Source: an uncultured archaeon (GTDB lineage Archaea > Iainarchaeota > Iainarchaeia > Iainarchaeales > 1-14-0-10-31-34). From it: 64,000 bases of DNA. Shown here one piece after another: positions 58,089 through 64,000 of the stretch. The translations under genes were made by a program, and so were the position numbers. Numbering within the stretch: the stretch's first letter is position 1; each line of letters starts with the position of its first letter. The stretch spans positions 32,694 to 96,693 of the forward strand of contig CAYTYC010000001.1 of NCBI GenBank assembly GCA_964442255.1, in the 5' to 3' direction. Below the pieces are notes generated by a model. It did no database searches, was not told where the DNA came from, and was given only the letters and a program-made list of their open reading frames with translations.

Positions 58089-58952
58089 TTATTGTTTCTT
58101 TGCAGGCTGAAAAAGCAATTTGGGCAGCTCTTCAAGCAGGTCGCTTGCCATCAGGCCATAGCCGTATTTCTTGTGAGCCCTGTTGCCTGCCAGGCCGTTG
58201 AAGTAGGCAGCAGAGCAGGCAGCTTCAAGCAGCCCTGCGCCCTGTGCAACCAGCCCCGCGCACAAGCCAGCCAGCACGTCCCCTGTGCCTCCAACAGTCA
58301 TTCCCGCATTCCCTGTTTTATTTATTTTCACCTTCTTTCCGCATGAAATTACGTCCACTTTGCCCGTCAATAAAATAACGCACTTGTGCTTTAACGAAAC
58401 TTTCTTCACCAAAGCCTTTCTTTTATTCAGCTCTTTTGGAACCTTTTTTCCGGAAAAAACCTCAAACTCATTGGAATGGGGAGTCAACACGCAATTGTTT
58501 TTGAAAATTTTTCCCTTAAGTGCTTTAATCGCGTCACCGTCCACGACAACCGGAACCTTCACTCCGCTCACAACCTTTTTCGCAAACTTTTGCGTTCCTT
58601 TCCCCAACCCCAAGCCGGGCCCAATAAGAAGGCAGTCGTTTTTTTTGCTTAATTCAATAACTTTTTTTGCGTGCTTTTCACTGAAATTCTTTCCCGCGAA
58701 TTTGGTTGTAATCAAATCCGGGGAAAAGCAGTTAATCGCCCATGCGACTTTCTCAGGGGCGCAGATGTTCACCAAATCCGTTCCGGAGCGGAGGGCTGCA
58801 ATTCCCGCCAACGCAGACAAAATCGGCGCGCCAATAAACTGTTCATTTCCTCCGGCAACCAAAAGCCTTCCGTTCTCTCCCTTATGCGAATCCTTTTTTC
58901 TTTTGACCAGCGCCTTTTTTGCGTAACTTGAATCAGTTAGTTCTTTTTCCAT
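58089..58952 (-). CDS. nnrD: ADP-dependent NAD(P)H-hydrate dehydratase
   Basis: SHKGENG, IGPGLG, LTPHSNEF, GGTGDVLAG. Confidence 0.93.
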   Translation of the reverse strand: MEKELTDSSYAKKALVKRKKDSHKGENGRLLVAGGNEQFIGAPILSALAGIAALRSGTDLVNICAPEKVAWAINCFSPDLITTKFAGKNFSEKHAKKVIELSKKNDCLLIGPGLGLGKGTQKFAKKVVSGVKVPVVVDGDAIKALKGKIFKNNCVLTPHSNEFEVFSGKKVPKELNKRKALVKKVSLKHKCVILLTGKVDVISCGKKVKINKTGNAGMTVGGTGDVLAGLCAGLVAQGAGLLEAACSAAYFNGLAGNRAHKKYGYGLMASDLLEELPKLLFQPAKKQ

Positions 58953-59017
58953 GGAAACCCCTGATTTTTTTTTAGCCCACTCTTAATCTCTTGCCTTTAA
59001 TTTACTTTTTTGGGGAA

Positions 59018-60907
59018 TCATTTAATTTTTTCGATTTCTTTCCTTAAAAGCCAGCTTAAGGTTTTTCCGTCCGCCTTTCCCTTCAGGGCCTTCATTGCGT
59101 CCCCCATTAAAGCCCTTACTGCGCCTTCCCCGCGCGCCTCAATCAAAGCACGGTTTTTGTGGACAACTCCTTTAACGGTTTTTGCAATTTCCTTTTCTCC
59201 GGCTGTTCCGCCGCCAATATTTTTCATGACATCCTTAAAGTCCTTCCCGGGCTCTTCCGTCCATCTTCCCAGCGCTTCAGCCAAAAGCTTTCTCGGTACA
59301 CCGTATTTTTCTCCCGCTTCAATTGCCTGTGAAAGCATTTCATTTGAAAGCCTTTCAACTTTGGCGCCCTCCCTTTTCATTCTAACCAAATCCTCCAATA
59401 GCAGCACGGCTGTGGGGGTGGGGCTGGCGCCTTTTTTGACCAATTCCTCAAAAAGGCCCGCAAAATTGCTGTAAGCCATTTTTTGGGCGAGGGCCGGATT
59501 CAAACCAAACCCCTTTATGTATAAGTTAACCCTTTCTTTTGTGCTGAGCGGAAGTTTCTTAAGCAGCCTTTTGAGCATTTTTTTGTCAACAATTATCCGT
59601 GGAATGTCTGTTTCAGGGTACATTCTTGCCGCTCCAGGCAGCGGGCGGCTGTATGCATTGCTTCCATCGGGAAGCGCGTCCCGGGTTTCCCCCGGCACCC
59701 CGTGCAGGCACTTCTTTGCCCTTTCCACAACAACTTCCAGTGCTTCCCCCGCTTTTTTCTTTTCCCCAACCAAAAAAATAAAAGCGTCCTCCTTGCCGCA
59801 CTTCAGCTTCCCTGAAACTTCCTTAACTTCTTTTTCGCTGACACCGTAATCCGGCATTTCATCCGAGTGAAAGATTCCCTTAATCCCGGTTCTCGCTTTC
59901 ACATAATCAGCAAACTCTGTTCCAAGCCTCCGGTTTGGCTGCAGCTCCTTTCCCACTAACCCGCCAAAACTTTTCAATTTTATCCCGAAAACGCTTTCCT
60001 TGCTCCACTGCTTTCTTATTATCCCGCAACCGGTTTTTTCAAATACTTTGCTTAAGTTAATTGGCACCTGCTCTAAATCTTTTTCACTCAGTCCACGCGA
60101 CTTTAATTCTTTCATCACTTCAACCAGCCCAAGCTGCCTTTGCGCTTCCCTTTCCACGCAGGTTTTGATTAACGCAAGTTCCTGCACCCCCTTTACCTCC
60201 GTCCTTGCGCCTTCCCTGATTGAAATGTTCAAATCCTGCCTTATTGTGCCGAGTCCGCGTTTTGCTTTCCCTGTCCTCCGGAAGATTTCCCCGATTGCTT
60301 CAGCGGTTTTAAGCGCTTCCTCCGGTGAAAAAATCCCGGGCTTTGTTGCAAGCTCTATTAACGGAATTCCCAGCCTGTCCAGGCGGTAAAAAATTTTTTT
60401 GCCTTCGCGTTTCATGGGCCTTCCGGCATCCTCTTCCAGAACGATTGCCTGAACCCCAACCTCTTTCCCGTTTATTTTGATTGCCCCGCCCACTGAAACC
60501 AATGCGGTTCTTTGAAAACCCGACGGGTTTGAACCGTCAATGACTGTTTTCCTCATCACGCACAATTCATCAAAGACTTTGCTTTCCGTAATCAGTGAAA
60601 CCTCTAAAACCGCTTCAAGGGCTTTTGGGTTAACCGGATGCGGCGGCTCTTCATCCAGTTCAACCAAACACGTTGAATCGTTGTAAGCTTCGTAAACAAA
60701 GGAGTTTCCTCTCCTGAACTGCTCCAGTGCAGCCGCATCGTATTCCCCCAATTCTGAGGGCACAGGGCGCAGCCTTCTTTCAACGGTAAAGTCGGGCTTG
60801 TCTTCTTTCAGCCTTGAATCGCACCTGCAGAACAGCTTTCCTGTGTCAAGCTGCTGGTGCACCTCCAGCCCGCACTTCAGTCCAAGTTTTTTGTAGTCCA
60901 ACGTCAT
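59018..60907 (-). CDS. gatE: Glu-tRNA(Gln) amidotransferase subunit E
   Basis: GLEVHQQL, DGSNPSGFQRT, RGLGTIRQD, PGAARMYPETD. Confidence 0.97.
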   Translation of the reverse strand: MTLDYKKLGLKCGLEVHQQLDTGKLFCRCDSRLKEDKPDFTVERRLRPVPSELGEYDAAALEQFRRGNSFVYEAYNDSTCLVELDEEPPHPVNPKALEAVLEVSLITESKVFDELCVMRKTVIDGSNPSGFQRTALVSVGGAIKINGKEVGVQAIVLEEDAGRPMKREGKKIFYRLDRLGIPLIELATKPGIFSPEEALKTAEAIGEIFRRTGKAKRGLGTIRQDLNISIREGARTEVKGVQELALIKTCVEREAQRQLGLVEVMKELKSRGLSEKDLEQVPINLSKVFEKTGCGIIRKQWSKESVFGIKLKSFGGLVGKELQPNRRLGTEFADYVKARTGIKGIFHSDEMPDYGVSEKEVKEVSGKLKCGKEDAFIFLVGEKKKAGEALEVVVERAKKCLHGVPGETRDALPDGSNAYSRPLPGAARMYPETDIPRIIVDKKMLKRLLKKLPLSTKERVNLYIKGFGLNPALAQKMAYSNFAGLFEELVKKGASPTPTAVLLLEDLVRMKREGAKVERLSNEMLSQAIEAGEKYGVPRKLLAEALGRWTEEPGKDFKDVMKNIGGGTAGEKEIAKTVKGVVHKNRALIEARGEGAVRALMGDAMKALKGKADGKTLSWLLRKEIEKIK

Positions 60908-60908
60908 T

Positions 60909-61052
60909 TCAAACTTCCACAAGATTTTTTCCCAGTTCAAAGCATTTTTCCATTATCTCCTTGTTTTCCTTCACTTCCCCTGGTTTTTCCGCAGCTGCAA
61001 GCACTTTTCCCTTCACCTTGATTTCGTGGATTCTGCAGAATTCCTCCAAAGC
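60909..61052 (-). CDS. C-terminal fragment of a flavodoxin-like protein, cut by gap
   Basis: KPGEVKENKEIMEKCFELGKNL; a different family from the ORF across the gap. Confidence 0.5.
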   Translation of the reverse strand, partial: ALEEFCRIHEIKVKGKVLAAAEKPGEVKENKEIMEKCFELGKNLVEV

Positions 61053-61152
61053 NNNNNNNNNNNNNNNNNNNNNNNNNNNNNNNNNNNNNNNNNNNNNNNN
61101 NNNNNNNNNNNNNNNNNNNNNNNNNNNNNNNNNNNNNNNNNNNNNNNNNNNN
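61053..61152. other. Assembly gap (100 N)
   Basis: run of n. Confidence 1.
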
Positions 61153-61880
61153 ACTTTGCCCCTGAAAAGCCTTTTAACGCCTTTCCGGAGCGCGCTTTCC
61201 TTTGCCCCCAAAAAAATGTGCGTCAAAAGCAGTTTTTTGCATTCCGCTTCCGACGCAATCATCCCGCATTCTTTCGGGGTAAGGTGGCCTGGCTCTTTTC
61301 TGCTGTTCGGCTTTGAACACTCAAGCGCAAGCAAATCCGCATTTTTTCCCATGGAAACAACCCCTTCACACTTTCCAGTGTCCCCGCTTATCGCCAAAGA
61401 TTTTCCGCCTTTTTCAAGCCTGTAGCCCACGCTTTTAACCGGATGCCTTGTCGGAAAAACCCTGATTTTAATTCCTTTAAAATTAAGGCTGCCCCCTTTT
61501 AACTCCTTAATTTCGCAAATGAACGGAAGTTTTTTTGAGGGAAGGTGCCTGTCAAGCAAAAGAATTTTTTTCCACAAAAGCCTGAAATAGGCCCTGAATC
61601 CTTTCGGGCCCACAAGCAAAAGCTTTTTTTTTCTCGGCACAACACTGAACGCATAAGCCCAAAGCAGTGCGGGCAGGTCATTCACGTGGTCGTTGTGCAG
61701 GTGCGAGAAAAGAATTGCGTCTATTTGAAAAGGGTTAACCCCCGCCTCCAGCAGCCTGCGAATTGTTCCGGGGCCCGCGTCCACAAGCACAAGCGTTTTT
61801 CCCGCCTTCACCAGGTTGCATGCGGGATTGCGCTTAAGCCTCGGCTCCAAGGTGCCTGAACCCAGAACAGTTAACTCCAT
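61153..61880 (-). CDS. RNase Z-like metallo-beta-lactamase, 3' end in gap
   Basis: LGSG, DAGPG, SHLHNDH, SGDT, GHLT, LTH. Confidence 0.85.
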
Positions 61881-61889
61881 GTTAAAACC

Positions 61890-63215
61890 TTAATCCAAAT
61901 CAAATCCATTGAATTCGCTTCTTTCGTCCAGCTCCCCGCGCAGGTTTTCGGTAAACAGTTTTTTTGCTTCCTCTTTCCTGTAATTCCCCCGGAGCCAGGC
62001 AAGCTTTATGAAGGCTGTTTCGGTTGTCATGTCCCCCGCAAAAATCACGCCTATTTCGTGGAGGCGCCTGCAGTTCGTGTAAATGAAGGGGTGAACCCTG
62101 CCAAAAATGCACTGGGAGGTCAGCACCACAATCCCGCCCTTTGAAATGAATTTCTTAAGTGCTTCATAGTTTTTCCTGTTTTCCGGGGTGTTGGTCGGTG
62201 CCTGCCCAATGCCTGTGCCCTCCAGCACAAAGCCCTTGTACTTTTTGTCGGAAAAAAAGCCGAACTGTTCCGGGTTCATGTTGGGGTGGGTTCGGAGAAT
62301 TCCGGTTTTTTCCTCAAAATTCTTTTTTGAAACAACGTCCCTTGAATTGCCCTTCCTTTGGTAATTTTTCCCCAGAAAACTGATTTCCTTTGATTCATGG
62401 CTTATTTTTGCAATGGGGGAGGAATTAATTGCCTTGAACGCGTCCCTCCTGCTTGTGTGCATTTTCCTTGCCTTTGTAGCGGGAAGCACTGCACATGTTT
62501 TGTCCGCCGAAGAATCGTGCATGCATAAAGCCACGCCCGCAAAATCCGTTTCCTTAATGAAGCGCGCCGCGCACACCAGATTCATTCCCGCGTCGCTGCT
62601 TCCCCTGTCAGAGCTTCTCTGCGAGCCCACCAGAATAACGGGAACAGGGAGTTTTTCAAAAATAAACGCAAGCGCCGCGGAAGTGTAATGCAATGTATCA
62701 GTTCCGTGCCCTATTATCACCCCTTCGGCCCCGTTTTTTATTTCTTTTTCAACCGCGTCCGCAATCTTTTTGTAGTTTTCAAACCGCATGTCCTCTGACA
62801 TCATTTCGCTGACAAGCCTGCATTTAAAGTTCGCCACCCCCCTTAATTCGGGAAACATTGCCAGCAAATCCTCGGGGGAGAAGGACGCAATAACCCCGCC
62901 TGTGCTGTAATTGACCCTGGAGGCGATTGTTCCGCCGGTGTGGATTACGGTTATGCGGGGAAGGCCTTTCTGTTCTTCCGCGGATTCGGCGGCAGGTTTT
63001 CCGACCTTTTTCCCTTTCCCGAGCCTTTTTATTTTCAGTTTTGAATCCGCCTCAACCGCGGCGTTGTACCCTGAGTCTGCCTTGACGTAGATTATTGAGG
63101 GGTTTTTTTCTGAAGCCGGAAGAAGGGTGCCCCGCACTTTTTCCCCTTCCGCCTCAACCTCAACTAAATCGCCTTCGCTCAGGCATTTTTTCCTTAAAAA
63201 GTCTTTTGCCTTCAT
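61890..63215 (-). CDS. gatD: Glu-tRNA(Gln) amidotransferase subunit D
   Basis: TGGTIASRV, HGTDT, GSQRSSDRGSSD, RKMHTSRRDAF. Confidence 0.97.
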   Translation of the reverse strand: MKAKDFLRKKCLSEGDLVEVEAEGEKVRGTLLPASEKNPSIIYVKADSGYNAAVEADSKLKIKRLGKGKKVGKPAAESAEEQKGLPRITVIHTGGTIASRVNYSTGGVIASFSPEDLLAMFPELRGVANFKCRLVSEMMSEDMRFENYKKIADAVEKEIKNGAEGVIIGHGTDTLHYTSAALAFIFEKLPVPVILVGSQRSSDRGSSDAGMNLVCAARFIKETDFAGVALCMHDSSADKTCAVLPATKARKMHTSRRDAFKAINSSPIAKISHESKEISFLGKNYQRKGNSRDVVSKKNFEEKTGILRTHPNMNPEQFGFFSDKKYKGFVLEGTGIGQAPTNTPENRKNYEALKKFISKGGIVVLTSQCIFGRVHPFIYTNCRRLHEIGVIFAGDMTTETAFIKLAWLRGNYRKEEAKKLFTENLRGELDERSEFNGFDLD

Positions 63216-63367
63216 TCCTTTAACCAAAAGGAATCAACTTAATTTAAAGCTAATCTTTCCGGTTTCCCGGGTTTTTGCGTGTTTTGCCGTGCTCTCTGGA
63301 ACCACCATAGTGAAGCCGCAAGCCCGAAGCCAGGGCAAGGAATAAATACTGCCGTCCCCCTTTATTT

Positions 63368-64000
63368 GTGTTGAATGCCTTTTTTTGAAAAGAACAGGAA
63401 AGCGGGTTTTTCTTCCCGGAGGCGCTGGGTTCCCCGCAGGCCAGGGGGCAGCGGAATAGCAAGACCCAAAGTGGAAAGCACGCTTCGCTTTGAAACCTCT
63501 GTTTATGCGGCAGCAGAAATAGGCGGTATGCTTTACGTGGGCGGAAGCAACTGGAACAGAAGAAAAGTGCCTTACTCAAAGAAAATTGCGGAAAAATCAA
63601 AAGGAGTCCTGCAAATACTGCGCGGCAGAAAAGTAGTGGGTTTCAGGGAATTTCCCTCAATGATTTACTCGATTCTTGAACTTCCAAGCAAAAAAACATT
63701 TGTGGGATGCAAGTCAGCAAAAGGCACTTTAAGCATAATGAACAGGCAGAGAAAGATTCTTCTCCAGAAAGACGACCGCCTTGGCGGAGGCGTTTACAAC
63801 GCAGTATTCAACAGAAAAAGAAACGAAATAACCTTAAGCACAAGGGCAGGAAAACTGGAAGTAATCGACGCGGAAAGCCTTGAAACAAAGGCCCAACTCC
63901 AGTTAACCAAAGAAGGCACAAGGCTCTGGTCGCTGAAGGAAAGCGGGGACGGAAAACTTTTTTCCGGCGACTATGACGGAATGCTTTACGCGGTTGACCG
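63368..64000 (+). CDS. Beta-propeller (WD40-like) protein, partial
   Basis: hand translation open to window end: SVYAAAE..LYVGG, LWSLKE..LFSGDYDG. Confidence 0.6.

Noticed and set aside
60909..61880. RNase Z-like / flavodoxin fusion suggested by ORF track
   Set aside because: Joined only through a 100-N gap; probably two genes
63250..63360. GC-rich hairpins upstream of gatD as ncRNA
   Set aside because: Only short stems, no second copy or recognisable family

Overview
Archaeal chromosomal window, most consistent with a DPANN lineage such as Ca. Iainarchaeota/Diapherotrites (inferred from gene content and protein style). It is a MAG-like assembly with two 100-N gaps. Core content: the exosome/proteasome superoperon (pop5-psmA-SBDS-rrp4-rrp41-rrp42-rpl37ae-rpoP-Brix-pcc1-pfdB-DHH) interrupted by toxin-antitoxin pairs, a thiM-thiE-thiC-thiL cluster, nop5/fibrillarin, glyS, aspS-asnS, gatD/gatE, sugar genes (treT, galT, GT4-HAD fusion, pgi/pmi, ROK kinase, rpiA) and four intact tRNA genes, two with BHB introns. 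Most interesting signals: (1) a broken tRNA-Thr-like gene whose 5' and 3' pieces bracket a ~1.15-kb cassette carrying a second, intact tRNA-Thr(CGU) and a LAGLIDADG endonuclease; (2) an orphan protein resembling bacterial sigma-70 regions 1.2/2/4; (3) two dispersed families of structured intergenic elements, one covarying and resembling a TnpB omega-RNA/IS605 right end with no nuclease gene; (4) a tRNA-Gln with a 170-nt intron and a possible second intron at position 2/3. All calls were made by eye; no searches were run.
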